DNA from: Chiloscyllium plagiosum
Taxonomy: Eukaryota
NCBI RefSeq assembly: GCF_004010195.1
Contig: NC_057720.1
Location: 30,438,927-30,502,735, forward strand
Direction of reading: 5' to 3'
Length of the DNA stretch: 63,809 nt
Shown here piece after piece: positions 63,333-63,809 of the stretch (position 1 is the first letter of the stretch; each line of letters begins with the position of its first letter). The notes beneath the pieces were generated by a model. The model ran no database searches and had not been told where the DNA came from. It saw only the letters and a program-made list of their open reading frames with translations. The position numbers and the translations under genes were made by a program.

Positions 63333-63809
63333 ATGGAGAGGAATTTGTTAAGTGTGTACAAGACAATTTTCTGAGTCAGTATGCGGATGTACCTACTAGA
63401 GAAGGTGCAAAACTTGACTTACTCTTGGGAAATAAAGCAGGGCAGGTGACTGAGATGTCAGTGGGGGAGCACTTTGGGGTCAGTGACCATATTTCTATTA
63501 GATTTAAAATAATGATGGAAAAGGATAGACCAGATCTAAAAGTTGAATTTCTAAATTGGAGAAAGGCCAATTTTGACGGTATTAGGCAAGAACTTTCGAA
63601 AGCTGATTGGAGGCAGATGTTCGCAGGTAAAGGGACAGCTGGAAAATGGAAAGCCTTCAGAAATGAGATAACAAGAATCCAGAGAAAGTATATTCCTGTT
63701 AGGGTGAAAGGGAAGGCTGGTAGGTATAGAGAATGCTGGATGACTAAAGAAATTGAGGGTTTGGTTAAGAAAAAGACGGAAGCATATGTCAGGTATAGAC
63801 AGGATAGAT
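63333..63809 (+). mobile_element. CR1 ORF2 (end of endonuclease domain and tether), runs off the window
   Basis: Open frame FLSQYADVPTREGAKLDLLLGN...GVSDH...LNWRKANFD. Confidence 0.92.

Noticed and set aside
54479..63809. PCSK9 exons expected from human synteny
   Set aside because: No subtilisin-like or prodomain motifs recognised; the region is mostly repeats.

Overview
Vertebrate genomic DNA, almost certainly from an elasmobranch (shark): it carries HE1-type V-SINEs, CR1/HER1-type and Rex-Babar LINEs, and Deu-domain SINEs. Two spliced protein-coding genes lie on the + strand in the same order as the human TMEM61-BSND pair. TMEM61 has two coding exons (21443-21786 and 25063-25375, about 218 aa). 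BSND/barttin has four coding exons (39592-39768, 47035-47138, 53214-53468, 54037-54478; 978 nt, 325 aa), reconstructed by hand with consistent GT-AG phases. The rest is mostly transposon-derived, with a 528-N gap inside a near full-length CR1. Three observations stand out. (1) At least four families of foldback, Penelope-like non-autonomous elements carry minimal hammerhead-ribozyme cores that show covariation, including a C3-G8 to U3-A8 swap and ACGU versus AGCU palindromic stem III. (2) TMEM61 and barttin match residue-for-residue across both transmembrane helices, suggesting they are ancient tandem paralogues. (3) A TG...CA element with long inverted repeats and a 4-bp target-site duplication (TSD) looks like a non-autonomous Ginger transposon. 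All identifications rest on motif recognition from memory; no searches were run, and repeat boundaries are approximate.
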